DNA of 64,000 bases, from assembly GCF_009914755.1 (NCBI RefSeq), contig NC_060947.1; one strand, written 5' to 3'. This document shows, in pieces, positions 46,057 through 61,423 of the stretch (the first letter of the stretch is position 1; each line of letters begins with the position of its first letter). Position numbers and translations under genes: made by a program. The stretch comes from the human T2T-CHM13v2.0 reference genome, Homo sapiens. A model generated the notes under the pieces. The model was given only the letters and a program-made list of their open reading frames with translations. It searched no databases and was not told the DNA's origin.

Positions 46057-46839
46057 AAATAAAATGAAACTAGACAGCAAGGAAATGGCTCCAGAGGCAG
46101 GAGGGATTCAAAGGAAAAGCTGGTTAAGTCATGGTAGGACAGAACCAGAGGGGGGAAAAAAAGAGTAAGGCATCAAACTTCAGAACTAAAACTCTGAAGG
46201 CAAGAAATCATGATAGTTCCGTAGAAAGTCTCCTTCGAATATCTAGAATTTTTCCAGCTTTAGTCACCACAACTGGAAGGGAAGTTTGGTTTTGTGTTGC
46301 TCTGACAACACCTTCTTAGACTGCATGAATCTAGAAATCTTCCCTAGAGAAACCTAACATCAGGGTAGCTAAGGAGTTGTGGAGATTCCCACACTGTCTC
46401 CCCTTTTGAGGCAAATTTGCAAACTGGCAATTAAGACAGAATCTTAAGGTATCATTGATAGTTATAAGGTAAGGGCAGTGGCCATGAATGGCAGGTTCAC
46501 AGGCACAATTCCTTAGCATATATTCTTCTCAAGCCATCATATACCAAAGAATGTGATCTAGGTGAAGCCAGAAGACAAAATTAGCCCACTCTTAAAATTC
46601 CTCTGACTTCTGTATCTATACTGGATGGTGGGGGAAGGTTGGGGTGGAGAGGGGGTAAACAATCTTAAAGGAACTATTCAGTCAAGCTTGGCCAAGGCCA
46701 CACAAAGTACCAAAGAATGAATTACACAGGGGTCAGTCTGAAATTCATGGAGTTCTCCCAAGGTAGTCATCACCAGTGATGGCAACAGAAGTTGGAGCTA
46801 AGAAAATTCAAGCGTGAAAGCCATATGAGCTCTTCATAT

Positions 46840-47112
46840 CCTTTAGGTCTTAGACTATCACCTCCTCAAAGAGACCCAACTACCATCCTTTAGACAGGGT
46901 TCTCAACCCATCTAAAGTAGAGGATAGCAACTCTGTTGTTCTCTATGGCAATCCCTGTTCACTTATCCCAATAAAATTAGTCATCTGTCCCACTAGACTA
47001 TAAGCTTTATGAAAACAAAGACCCTGCCTAACCTTTTCATTATTATATCCACAGTGCTTAGAACGGTGCCTAGAACACCATAAGTACTGAATAATGATTT
47101 GCTGAATAAAAA
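46840..47112 (+). mobile_element. L2 3' end
   Basis: ccactagactataagct...agtgcttagaacggtgcctag...taagtactgaataatgatttgctgaataa. Confidence 0.7.
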
Positions 47113-47126
47113 ATAATTAGTATGTA

Positions 47127-47303
47127 ACAATGACTCAAAGTGTGGTCCCTGGACCAGCAACGTTGGCATCACTGGGAACTTACTAGAAATTAAGTCTCAA
47201 GTTTAATTTTACACACTTAATTCTCACACTTACTGAATCAGAAACTGGGAGTAACAAGCCCTTCAGGTGGTTTTCATGCATTCTCAAGTTTGAGGACCAG
47301 TGG
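47127..47303. mobile_element. MER5A
   Basis: ctcaaagtgtggtccctggaccagca...tactgaatcagaaact...aacaagccct...agtttgaggaccagtg. Confidence 0.8.
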
Positions 47304-48297
47304 TATACAAGAAGAATGTATAAAAATTCATCTACCAAGAGTATAGAAATACTTATTTCCTGGTGGTACCAAGTAAAAAGGTGAAATTTCTTCTATAATG
47401 GGGTTGGAGTCATTGGTAGTTCATCCACAATTCTAAGCCTGGTATGTACACAACTAATATCTTATTGGAATGTAGCAAGGATTTCCAAATGCAGAATCTT
47501 GAAAAACTCAAACTCTCTAAGTATATTTCCTTATCTGTGAAAAGGGAACACTACCAATCTCACAGGTGGTTAGGATTAAATGAGATTTTAAAAATATTTT
47601 ACCCAACTTCTCATACATAGTAAACACTCAATACATGGTAGTAGTAGTAGTACTGCTTCTTACTGAATGTGTTTTCGGAGGCCTCTGAAGATGAGTATCT
47701 CACAGAACAGTTTTCAACCCCCAAGAGCACCCTGGGAAAAAAGAAAGTGTCCCATTTTTCAAAAGAGTACATCCTATTACCAAAATGCTAGGATACAAGT
47801 AGCTTTGTGAGAGTATAAGGATACACAATTTGCTGGACTCCAGAGGCAAGGAGACACCAAAGAAAAGAGATAAATTAACTCACAAAGGGTTAAAGTAAGT
47901 GTGGGAGATACAAGATGGGAGCAAAATCAGAGACTGCTGGCAGTTAGGATGGCAGGGTTGAAAGAGCAAGGCTATGCTGTGATGAACTGTTTTCAGTTGG
48001 CAAGAAGGAAGTCCTTATATGCCTGATGTCCATATTTTCCAAGCCAAAAACTGGCATAACGTCTAACGAACATAAGTATACTTATGGACACAATGGGACA
48101 AAATGAAATCAGGGCTGTCCTGGAAATCCAGAATATATGGTTACTATCTGGAAATGGTCTGTTTTTAAAAGAACCCAACCCCAGCATGACTAAAGAACTG
48201 CATAGAGTTTCACAATACCCTTATACAGTCTCTAGTTATGACTCACCTGAATGATGAATGCTCAATGGGCACATGACCATTAAAAAATTAGAGCATG

Positions 48298-48592
48298 GGC
48301 CGGGCGTAATGGCTCACTCCTGTAATCCTAACACTTTGGGAGGCCCAGGCAGCCGGATCACTTGAGCCCATGAGTTTGAGACCACCCTGAGCAACATAGC
48401 AAAAACCCGTCTCTACAAAAAATTTACAAAAATTAGCCAGGCATGGTGTTGTGCGCCTGTAGTCCTAGGTACTTGGGAGGCTCAGGTGGGAGGATCACCT
48501 GAGCCTGGGAGGTTGAGGCTGCAGTGAGCTGTGATTGTGCCACTGCCCTCCAGCCTGGGTGGCAGAGTGAGACCCTGTCTCAAAAAAAAAAA
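48298..48592 (+). mobile_element. AluJ
   Basis: J-type features (cttgagccca, ggaggatcacctgagcctgggaggttgaggctgc). TSD aaaaaattagagcatg on both sides. Confidence 0.93.
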
Positions 48593-51500
48593 AAAAAATT
48601 AGAGCATGTATGCAAAGTTACTTAACGTCATCTTCTCTGTCCTCCCATTCCACCAGCTCCTTCCGGTTTCATAAATTCATTGGCCATCTGGAGACCTTAG
48701 TTAAAAAAAATCATGAGGCTAATCCCTAGTATCCTACATTAGTTACTACTGAATTTTGATACCAGTTCAAGGGTCCTTTTGGGGTATCTGATTATCTTTG
48801 ATAGCCAGGAGGCCCACAAGGTGCTTCAATACTAAATTACGTTCATAAGTTAATAGTTTCTTGAGCTCCAATAGACAACTAAGTAGAATTTTCAACCACT
48901 GGTTAAAAGAGATAATGGTCTTACTGCCAATGATTCTGTCAATTATGAGACCAGCTACTATCATGTGAGAGATAGGTGAGTTTAAACAGTTTGCCTTCTT
49001 GTGAAGGTAGTGGGTTTAAGAAAAAGAACTCCAGCTATCAGAATTCAAGAGTAGGGTGTCAAAAGAGGGGATGAAGGATAAACTATCTCTTACTATTGTG
49101 TTACCTTTCCATACAGAAACATTTTTCTCAAATAGAACCAAAATGCAGAGACACACTAACTGGTGTAGTCACCTAATGTGACTGAGACTGAGGAGGAGTC
49201 GTTGAATCAGATGATCTTTTTACTTCAGGGAAGTGCCTCCAGACCTAGTTGACAAAAACTGTCAAATTGTTTTGGTTTCTTCTCCAATCCTGGAAAACAC
49301 AGACCACCTTGTTGTAGTTGTAGGGAGGACATCTATTAGACCTCAGAGTTACAGTAATGAGGATGTCTTGTTCCAATTTCTATCTGCAGCAGTTCACACT
49401 TCCTTATGTAACCAGGGGCTCCCTGGTTTCCTGAGTATCACCATTCTGGGGAAGAAATCAGTGTGTATACTGATGCTCAGAATACCCGACCTCAACAATT
49501 TCTTATACCTTAATCTTCCAAGTTACTAGTCTACATGACACTGTCTAGTACAGGGTAGAGTTGTGAATACCATACCCCTGAAAGACTTAGTCTGTTACCG
49601 GGAAGCAAGTCAAAACTAGGTATTCAAAGCATAGAGTGGCTGGAATAAAAGAGACTAAAAAGAAAGCTAAGAAGTTTCCTTGCCCCATTCTTTCGCAATA
49701 GAGAGAATGGTTTAGACAGTGTACAAGGCCATCCCACAAGGATAAACAAGATGAGAAGCCAAACTGCAGTTGATGGGGTCAACTTAGTACAAGAAACCAT
49801 TATTAAGCACCTTCTCTACTATTTTTGCCATGCACTTGGGATAAGAAAGGAAAAAGACCATCCTCACTCTTCAGGAGCTTATACTCTAATAAGTGAAGGA
49901 GAGAAATACATGAATAGAATTTAATATACAGCAGTAAATGATAAGAAAATAGCTATGAATGAGGAATTATGGGACACAAAGGAGAGACACTTAGCCAGTT
50001 TGGTAGTTCAGGGAAGCAAGAAAGAGGACCATGACTGCAGAAAGGACTTTAGCTCAGTATCTGTGACTTGGAGCCATCAGATAGCATAAATCAAAAAGAG
50101 TAAAGGAAGAAGGCAGGCTAGAAATCTCACAAAGAGCTGAAGTAGCACCATGGCTTTTGGCATTTTTTAGGTGGCAAAAACTTTGAAGAGTGGAGAGTTC
50201 TCCCTCAGCACGATGCCCATTCACCTACCCACCCTCATATATCTTTACAGAAGATTTGATTTGGTAGAGAAACAGGGAAGCAAAGCAGGTATGTAAAACA
50301 TCCAGAAGGATGCACACCACATAATAGGTTCTCAGCAATTTCTCTTGATTTCTCCTCACAAGCTCTACCAGAATTTCAAGAGTCAGATTGTGCGCTCTCA
50401 GAAACTGACAGAATACTGGAGATCTTCAAAGTATAACTGCAAGCAAAATCATAGACATTACTGCAGGGCTTCATCAATGTATGGCTGACAGAGCTCTCCA
50501 AATTCATTAGAAATGGTACAGCCCTTCTTTTTGGATAAACAATGCTAGCCTAACATGAGCCTCTAGATCACCACCCACATTATTCAGTTAAATGCCAAAC
50601 TATACCATTTCTTTCCTGTACTATTGTTTGTACTTATTCTTTCCTCACAAATCTAATCTCACAGCTAATTCTTATGTAGACTAGAGTCCACCCTGGACTA
50701 AACTATTCTGATATTTTCTTCAATAATGACTCTGATTTAAATGTGTCTAATCCCTCACTTATTCAACCATATAACTTCTACAGCATTCCCACATAGGTTA
50801 GAAAATCAAGTCAAAATGAATAAACAGATGCTTTAATTTTAAGCCACTCCACTCTTCTCTCTCTTGATTCAAGAATTCTCAAATATACTTATTTCCCAAC
50901 AGCTCTCTAAACAAAACTACTTACTCAGCTCTGTTTATGATCCTCACTGACTAGAATGTCTAGTCCTCTCCCCCTAAATAAAATTCTAAATCCATATTTG
51001 AAACATAATTCAAAACTGTCCATGAATCCTTCCCTCAACAAATAAGTCCATTAACTTCAAAATTATTAATATGTCTCCCTCATTCCCATGTATTATCATA
51101 AATACCCAACTCCCCATTATCCACATGTGGCAATTTCTACCTCTTTTAGTCACCCACTTCTGACCACTTAAGGCACTGGAGCAAGGTACAGAAGGCACAT
51201 AAAGCCAGTTCACAGAATGAGGGAAAAAGTCAAGAAAAGGAGGCAAGGATATTACTATTTTACACTATTTACATTAGGATCCCCCACAGAAGCAGAGATA
51301 ATGAGAGATGATTATACTCATAGACACACACAAAATTTAATTACATCAATGTATATTAAAATTTGAAACATACTAGTCATAGAAATAGCCACCTGCTTAG
51401 TTAGCTAGAAAAGATAGTTTACTTACATTATGTCCCAGTGGAAGAACAAGTTGGTAAATTATTCTATTTATACTGGAAGTTTACAGGCCAACGTTGATAT

Positions 51501-53150
51501 GAAACATATATGTACATAAACACACATACCTACAAGGCAAATGTGCCCAGCCTATTTATCTCTGTAAGAAATCCTGCCAAACCAAAAATGCACTATTTTA
51601 TTCGTTAAATTCCTATTAGTCCACAGTATACTGTCAAATACACAGATGGCACTCAAATGGTAGTTGACAGTGCTCTTCAATACAAATCTATCAAGCCAAA
51701 TTCAGGAAGAAATTAATCTTTAATCATGAAAACGCTCAAGAAAACATCCTGCATGTTACAGCATTCTTATAATTGTACTGGAAGATATACTGTAATTTAC
51801 TTAGTATAGCCAAGAATTTATAGAACCATGATTCAGAGTTGCACACAATCTGATTTTAGCACTGAAGCTGAAAAATAAAACATACTGGAATCAACCCAAC
51901 TTGCTCTATTTCCTGGAATACAGGTAGAAACCCATTATAGTTAACATCAGGAAAACAGGAACTTCTATATTACAATGTAATATCCTATAGTGAACTCACA
52001 GTACTTTGTTGATTTGGTTACAAAAAATTATTTACAGCAAATAATCAAGGAAAACAAATATTTACTCCAATGCTTTCCCAGTAACAGTCATCCCCTATAA
52101 TGAAAAAATATTTATGTGTTGCTAGCAAAGCAATTCTCACTTGATGATCCACTGTGAACATTAGATCTAAAGAGCATTTCTCACCCTTGCCTCCCCCGTT
52201 TTATTCAGCCCAACTTCCCCAATGCTTACCTCCTTAAATAGTATATACAAGCAAACATAACCACCCGATATTGATCTCAAGCTACTTTTGCAACTACTAT
52301 TATCTATTTTAACTTGTCACTTGTATAAGATTTATGTGCTGATTAGGCTGTATGATTACTCTGCTAATTTTAGTTACATTGCTAGTATAACGTCTATGTA
52401 ATAGAAAACACATTTTTTTTAAAAAGTACATTTCCATTCTTGTGTGTTTGTAGCAGTCCTGATATGTACCACATATGAGTCCAATGATGTAAGTTTTAAT
52501 GAAATATTTAATATTATTAAAATTTTATAAAATATTTCTGGTGCTTAACAGTAATGAAAAGGCCAGTGTTAAAAATGGACAATTTCCCTCCTAAATCAAT
52601 GGCATACAGAAGTTAAGATCTGATGAAATCAGGAATTTTTAGGGCACAAGACTTATGCAACTTCTCAGAATTCTACTTATTGAACATGAGTGTACAATAC
52701 ATATAAAATACTTCCCTGCTTGCAATGTCACAAGTTCTACTACCCCGTTTTCTTCAATACTACAATGCTTATTAATGTTTTTGAAACTGTAGCACCCCAT
52801 TATGAGTTGGTTGACTTAATAACACACTCTTTTTCTCTCCTATGAGTGTGGAGTGTGTGGGTACTTTAATTGAAAATAATTTTGGTTTAAAAATTTCATG
52901 ACACCTCTTGAAGTATTGAGAGGCAGATTTAAAAATTCACTGCTCTTAACTTCCTCACCTTAAGAAAAATTTTAAACAAAAATTCACTCAGCACGTTTAT
53001 AAAAAATGATGTTCTATGTAGATTGATAATAGTGGAGTGGGGAAGAGAAGGGAAAGAAAATATAAAGATGAAGACAGAAAATATAAAGAAGAAGACAGAA
53101 GCTTACTATCCAATGTAAGGTAGACATGTACATAAATAATAGAAAATACA

Positions 53151-53494
<344 letters not shown>

Positions 53495-53849
53495 TTACAG
53501 GTAGGAGGATGGGAGCACATGCTAAATCTGAAAGGGACAGCTTCGAAGTTTCACATTGGAACACTGATGTTATATTGCAGAATTTAAATGACAGTCCATT
53601 ATCCTGCATATGTATTCCCACTTAAGTTCAAAGAGATATATATGCAGAGGTGCTAAAAACATTTATCTAGGTTATATTCTAGTTTCCCAAGCCATGTGCC
53701 TATGGGACTACATCCACCCAGAGAGGGAACTCTTTTCTAATTCACATAAAAGCAATGTAAATGCCAGCAGTGGCCCCGAATACACAGACTTTATTTTCTC
53801 CTATCTTTCCCTATACCAGCAATACTACAATTTTAATGCCCAGCAATAA

Positions 53850-55210
53850 AGGACTGGTTAAATAAAACACCCATAGAATGGAATGTCTTGTAGGCATTAA
53901 AAAGAAACAGGTACTGCTGTCTAGTTGATTACATTGTGACAATCAATTTTTTAGTATTGATAATACACTATAATTATATATCACCAGTGGGAAGCTGAGT
54001 GATGGGTACACAGGATTTTGCTGCACTATTTTTGTAACTTCTTGTGAGCCTGTAATTATTTCAAAATAAATAGTTTTTAAAAAGAAAAGAACCAGGAAGT
54101 TGCAGGTGTGCTGATACAGAAGTATCTCCAAGGATGTGCAGCAATAGCAGCTCTTGTTTATTGCTGGTGGGAATGCAAAATGGTACAACCACTTTGGAAG
54201 ACAGTTTGAGAGTTTCTTACAAAACTAAACATACTTTTACCATACACTCCAGCAATCATGCTCCTTCGTATTTACCCAAAGGAGCTGAAACCTTATGTCC
54301 ACACAAAACCCACAGAAAAATGGTGTTTATAACAACTTTACTTGTGATTGCTAAAACCTGGAAACAACCAACATATCCTTCAGTAGGTGAATGAATAAAC
54401 AAACTATAGTACATCTAGACAATGGAATATTACTCAGCACTAAAAAGAAATGAAATATCAAGCCATGAAAAGATGGAGAAGAAACTTAAATGCATATTGC
54501 CAAGTAAAAGAAGTCAATCTAAAAAGTCTACACACTGTATGATTCCAACGATGTGACACTCTGAAAAAGGCAAAATTGTGGAGACAGTAAAAAGGTAAGT
54601 GTTAGGGAGGGAGAAATGAATAGGTAGAGCACAGAGGATTTTTAGGACAGTGAAAATTCTATGATACTATACTGGTGGGTACATATAATTATACATTTGT
54701 CCAAACCCTTAGAATGTACAATACCAAAAGTGAACCTTAAACTATGAAGTTTGGGTGATAATGATGTGTTAATGTAGGGACATCAGTTATAACAAATGTA
54801 CCACTCAGGTGTGGGGTGTTGTTAATGGGGGAGGCTATATATATGTGCGAGCAAGGAGTATACGGTATATCTCTGTACCTTTCTCTCACTTTCACTGTGA
54901 GCCAAAACTGCTCTTAAAACAGTCTTTTAAAAAGTATCTACAAAATTGATTGTTAACTGCAAAAAAAGATGTAGAAAAGTATGTATAGTATGCTACTCTT
55001 TGTGCAAAACAAAAAGACATGCATATGTACATAAATTCTAGTAGTATATGCATAGACTGTCTCTGTAAAGATACACAAGAAATTGGTGGCAGCAGTTTTT
55101 GCCTTTGTGAAGAGCACCTAGGTAGCTGGGCGAAAGGAGTAGGAGGGAAATCTATATCTCATTGTCCTCGTGTGTTTGGATTTCACACCATGTGAGTATA
55201 CTACCTTTTT
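53850..55210 (+). mobile_element. Nested old L1 3' ends (L1MC1-like ~54128-54932 within L1ME-like sequence)
   Basis: ttgctggtgggaatgcaaaatggtacaaccactttggaagacagtttg...atcaagccatgaaaaga...ttatacatttgtccaaacc. Confidence 0.75.
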
Positions 55211-56731
55211 AAAAAGTTCATTCCAGGAGCACAGTTTTCCTGTCAGAAGATTTTAAAGTATCCCCACCATCTGGTATATTTTCCTTCATCTAGTTTAGAA
55301 GGTCCAGGGATCATGGGATAAGATTTAGAGATAAGTTCTTCCAATGATCTAGCATTCTGAGTTCTCCTGCTAGGCTATGAGCTACTGAAGAGCAAAGGAC
55401 CATAGTATTACCTGTACCTGTCACAATGTCTGACACATTAGGGGGCCTGATTTTCTTGAATTTATCTGACCTGTTATCCTGGCCATTCCTTTTGACCTAC
55501 TCTTATAAACCCAGACACAGAAGGATACTTTACCATTGATTCTGCCCCTGTAATGATGTTTTAAAAATTAACTCATTAGCCTAAGTCATCCTCAGGTCAA
55601 CAGCTGTCTATCCCTAAATACCAATGCTGAAAAATATGTAGGCTTATTCTAGTGAAGGCAGGATTTTTCATGGAAATATGATTTATAAATTTCCTTTTAA
55701 TCTTAATATCTGTATGTCTGTGAACCCAATGACTCATCAGACACCTTAGCTAAAATCTCCCATCTACAGTCATCATCCTCTAACTACTACAGGCTTTGTT
55801 TATACCTATATAAGGCACTTACTTATTTGTATTACAGTTATCTGAGTTGTATAACTTAGCTCTCTTACTAGAGTATAAACTTCTTAAGGGCAGGGAAGCC
55901 TTATCTATCACAGTATTCCCATAGTTACTTGTGTCTAGGTCAATCATCTCTGAAGACAGTTCATTTAATTAAAATTTCGTAATTTAAAAATTAAATAACT
56001 TTTAAAATATGATTTAAAACCAAACTAATTTGCTTAAAATAGTACAGTGGATTTGTTTTGAGGGTAAATATTTTTCCAAGCATATTATGGAAAGAAAGTA
56101 TGCTATCATAACTAGACCAAGCCTCATCCCCGAGGATGTTGCTCTGACTTCACGGAGATGAGATCAGCACTTTTACTATCTATATACTAGCACTGTGTCC
56201 TTTCTCCCTTCCTCAATCATGTACAGCTTACATCTAAGCTGAAACATTTCTAAAAAACTGCTAAGCTACTCTTTTGAAATGTGGTAAACAAATGCTAAAT
56301 AAGGAGACTAAGATCCCTAGTGGGGAGAGGGAAGAAGATGGTAGTCACTTCTGAGAGTACCAGTTCAATAGCTTCCTACACTAGGAATCTTGTTTTGTCT
56401 GCAGGACATCCCTGATCCTGACAGCCAGCTCCAGAAACATTGCAGTACTGGCTTGGTGCTAATAGCAGATGGTTCAAGATGCGTTAAAACCTGTTGAGAG
56501 CTTTTATTCATTTGGTTTGCCACATTAGTTCTTTCTCAAATAAACAGAACTCAAACCAAGTCAAAAGAAAAGCTGATTTTCTTCCCAGAGGAACAAATCA
56601 GTACTATAATGTAAGTTATAATGGTATTTATGATACTGAACTTTGTTATTTTGTAAGTCATTAGGTGAGATACGTTATACTTAATTATGAAAGGTAATCC
56701 ATTTTCATATTACAACTCTTTACACTTGTCC

Positions 56732-56770
56732 TTAATGGCAAAACACGCAATTACTTTTGCACCAACCTAA
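56732..56770. mobile_element. Half MADE1 (Hsmar1 MITE)
   Basis: taatggcaaaacacgcaattacttttgcaccaacctaa followed by TA matches one mariner TIR. Confidence 0.85.
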
Positions 56771-57599
56771 TAGGAAGTCTTGATGAGGGCAGGAACCACA
56801 TCTCTTCTACCTTTGAATCTCCCACACTGCCTTAGGTATAAACTTAAAAAAAAAATACTTGAATTAATTTTTTCAAGGATGCATTTAATTTGCTCATTAA
56901 CAGATAACTAAATTCTAAAATCCATAAACCTCTATTTTAAAAAAAAAAGACTCAGCAGTTTTATTGATGTGCCATAATTATTTCAGAAAACAATTTTCCA
57001 CGGTCTATTTAGAGACTCCACCTGAGCTAAAAACAACTTTCTGGGCAATAGATGTACACATTTAGTGATAGATACTTCACATTAGACTGAAGGTCTCTTG
57101 AAATTGTTCTGAAAGAAAGGCAGGGAAGCTCAAAGAGACTTTTAAACTGTCTTCAGTTTCTTGAGAAGTGTGATGAAATTATTAAAGATATTAATTTTAA
57201 TATCAAAAATATCATTAAGCACTTTGAGGAGAGTAGAGGGATATGTTACTAAACCATGCTTGAGTACTGCAACTCCCACCATATTAGAAATCATACTTGG
57301 AAGAGGCAGGCAAAGTTTAAATTCTCTTTGGTATAGTTTTCTCATATTAAAAACTGGAGCAATAATCAATTCTTAACTCATGAAAATGTTCTGAGAATTA
57401 ATGATTATAAATTTTCTCTGTATTTTATTGAAGTTTATCTAAAAAGGTACCAAATATTCTACTTAGGCAATATACTTGTACATGTTTACAACATATGAAA
57501 TTGTCAACTAAAGCTTAACTTTGGAAATAATCTATAACCTCACTTTCAGAATCTAACCTGCATGCCAAAGCACTGAAATTTCTAAAGCTAACTACCAAT

Positions 57600-59660
57600 T
57601 CTTTATTCTAGTTTGAGTCACTTTCTTAATGGCTGCCTTAAGAATTACAATTAACATCTTAACCTAAAACAATCTAGTTCAGATTAATACCAACCAGTGT
57701 CAATAATATACAAAAACTCTGTTCCCCTATAGCTCTATTCCCTCCCTCCCCCTATGTGCTATTACTGTCATTCAAATTACATCTTTATATGAAATACGCC
57801 CATCAACAGTTTTATAATTAGTTTTTTATGCAGCTGCTGTCTTTCAAATCAGATAGAAGAGTTATAAACAAACATACCTTTATACTGTCTTTTATGTTTA
57901 CCTATGTAGTTACCTTTACCAGTACTCTTTATTTCTGTACATTCAACTTAATAGTTTCCTTTCATTTCACCCTGAAGGATTACCTTTCATATTTCTTCCA
58001 AAACAGGTCTTCAGCAACAAATTATCTGTTTCTGTTTATCTGGGAATGTCCTAATTATCTTGCCTTTATAAAATATAGTTTTGCTAGATATAGAAATATT
58101 GGTTGACAGTCTTATTTTCTAACATTTTGAATATGTCATCCCACTGCCCTTCCGACCCAGTTTCTGCTGAGAAATTAGCTGTTAAGCTTATTGAGGATCC
58201 CTTGTGAGTCTCTTCACTCTTGCTGCTTTTAAGATTCTTTTTGTCTCTCAACAATTTGACTATCATTGTATCTGGGTGTGAATCCTTTTGAGTTTATCCT
58301 ACTTTGAGTACATGGAGCTTCTTGGATGTTATACTAAGTATTTTCATCAAATTCGGGAAGTTTTCAGCAGTTATTCCTTCAAATGTTCTTTTATCCCCTT
58401 CAGGGACTCCATTATGTGTGCATTGGTATACTACATGGTGTCCCACAGGTCTCTTAGGCTTTGCTACCTTTTTTCTTTTTTTCCACATATGATAATCTCA
58501 GTTAACCTATCTTCAAGTTTCTTGATTCTTCTGTCAGCTCAAATCCGTTGATGAACCCTTTTAATAATTTTTTTAATTTCATCTATTGTAATTTCCAACT
58601 CCAGATTTTCTATTTGGTTCTTTATAACGTCTCTCTTTCTCTGTTGATATTTGCTATTTGGTGAGACATCATTCTCTTACTTTCCTTTAATTCTTTAGCC
58701 ACAGTTTCGTTCCATTTTTTGAACAGGTTTACAATAACAGATTTAAAGTTTCATCTAGTAAGCACATCTAGGCTTCCTCAGTGACAGTTTTTATTGACTG
58801 CTTACCTCCCTGAATTAAGTGCCATAGTTTACTGTTGGTTTTAATTTTTTTTAGTTGAAAACTAGACATTTTAAACAATATAAAGTAGAAAGTTTGGAAA
58901 TCAGATCTCTTCTCCCCTAAAGTTTATTGTTATTGTTTGTTTAGTGACTTTCCCGGACTAGTTCTGTAAAGCCTATATTCCCTGTCATGTGTGTCCACTG
59001 AAGTATCTGTTCAGCTACCTAGTGGTCAGCTAATGACCGACATATTTTCTAAAATGTTTTGAACCAAGAGATCTTTCATCCTTTGCCAAAAAGCCCTGTG
59101 TTGGGTATGCCTTCAATGCTCTGAGAGTTTACAATTCTGCCTTAGCCTTCACTTCCTGCTTGCACAGGGTCTAAAAGTCAGCCACCTCAGGCAGATACAG
59201 TATTAAACAATTGCTGCTGCTTGTTTTCAACAAATGTCCTGAGGATAGGGCTTTTCCACTGAGTCAGATCAAATAAAGACAAGCCTCGTGAATGGGGCCT
59301 TCCCAAGGAGCTACCACACAGGTCAATAGTGACAATTATCTGGGGATAAGATGTGAGGAGCTTGCAACTCTCCAGTAGCTACAGGTTTTCACAGCTACCA
59401 TGGATGCAAGGTTACTAGTTTCCAGAGATATTTTGGATCTGGGGAAAGGTTGATTGGATTAGGGCAAGTTAAAATACAACAAATCTAACTTTTTTTTTTA
59501 ACCGAAAATCAGCTATTTTATTGAATAAACACTCCTCAGGTTGTTGGAAGCTTTTGGTTAATTTTTAGAATTCTGAAAAACTTGTTTTTAACAATTGTTG
59601 CCAGACATTGCTTTTATAGGGGAGTAGATTTTCTGAAGTCCTTACTCCAATATTCCAGAA
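57600..59660 (-). mobile_element. Old L1M 5' portion (ORF1/5' region)
   Basis: ORF1p-like remnants on the minus strand (LTANFSAET...QWDDIFKML; GVPEGD...FEGITAENFPNLMK). Confidence 0.75.
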
Positions 59661-61423
59661 ATACCCTCTTTACTTGAGTTTGAAAATCATTCTGGTATTG
59701 GTGTCTTCCTAAAAGGCATCAGCTCTTAAAATTGCCCAACAAAATATGTGGAATCCCTGGTGATATGTACACATAAGCTGCTAGGTAAAGTTCATAAACA
59801 TCTATAGAATTAGAAGAGAGAAAATATGATCAGCTTTGATTTATATTCTACTTTACCTTTGGTGACTACAGGGAAACAAATGTATTTTTAATAACAGATG
59901 GAATAAAAAAGCATTTATTGTTATAAACGTTTGGCTGTATTTCAAGTATTTTTAAAATACTGCTTTATTTTTTTAAAGATTCACATACTTTAATTTTAAA
60001 TAAAAGAACATGAGAGACTATAAATGATCCTAGTCATGGTAGGACTGACTGCACAGCATCTAGTTCAATACCTGAAGTCATAACTAAACAGAAGGAAGCT
60101 TACTAAGGTCTCAGTGTATTTCTTTGATCAAATAAGAAAATGGTCATTATAAGATCTAAGTCTTATAAGGAATCAAACATTTTTAAAATGCATTTCATTA
60201 GAACACTTACTATTTTATATCATACAATTGATTATTCATTATAATGATGCCAAAGCAAATTACAAGTTATGAGAAACTTTTACAACAATAGTAGCATTAC
60301 CCTAATACTAGATTAGGAGATGTTAAACCTATTACAAGTGGTTTCCCATTTAGAGAGGTCTGGGGATCCTGAATGAGTTTAGTTGCAGGTATGATATGAA
60401 AACAACCTTATACCTTTGTGTGTGGTTGGTGGGGGAGAGAGAGAGAAGAGTAAGCGAAAAGAAAGAACACATAATACTTTCCATATAACTGCCCTGTCTC
60501 TCTTAACGTAGCACCTACAATTGTATATGAGACTCTGGGTTTAGGAGTCAGGCTGCAAGAGGAAAAATACTGATAGTCAATCACAATGAATAAAACACTG
60601 TAAGAGTGATTACAAAGTCATTAAGACCTCTTCTTGGAAAATCAACTTAAACAGAGCAGATAATATAGAGGAAATCACTCATGAAAATCAACAACAGTAG
60701 TCTCAATGATATTTATGATGCTATCAATTATGTGGAGTTCAATGTTCTATACATATTTTAAAAAACAGCATGAGCATACTATAAACATATATAACACAAT
60801 ACGTTTTAATTACTATGGATCTTCAGACTCCATGGACATACAATCCGCAATTTCAGGAATTTATAAGCAACCATTAAGGTCCTTAATTAATTTTCATTTA
60901 ATTATTTTATTTACATTTCATTGTATTTCATTTAATTGAGAAATTAATTTGAAGAATTTGAATCTTGTGTACTTTAAAGTTAATATGTGTGAATGAATTG
61001 CTAAGTTAGTAATTATCCTATCATTTCACTAAGCTTGGATGTTTTCTTTGCATTATAAACTATGCAGTAACTCAAAAAGTGATACAAAATTTTGTTTTTG
61101 AAAAAAAATTAAGCAAATTTCTAGTGTTGGTGATTAACATAAGGAAATATTTTAGTGTTGGTTCTTAGACAAAAGATACTAATTCTGGATAAGTTAAAGT
61201 TTAACGTGTTAAATTCAGCTTTGACTCAGATCTATGAGATAAACAGGTCTGCCGTAAAACATTTCATGAGGGAAACTGCATGATAAATAGTATTTGTGCT
61301 TTCAAGGATAACTTATAATCCCTTGGCTCAGGCTTCTTCAAATCTGTTTCTCTTCCTCTAAATTACATTAATGTGAGAAAAGACACATCAAGCATTTTCA
61401 AAACAAGAAAGGTATTCCCTTTT

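Noticed and set aside
53054-53100. 21-bp two-copy repeat agaaaatataaaga(t/a)gaagac
   Set aside because: Ordinary slippage duplication.
56123-56162. Imperfect hairpin ctcatccccgagga...ttcacggagatgag
   Set aside because: A 14-bp stem with two mismatches is too short for a pre-miRNA, and it has no convincing snoRNA boxes.
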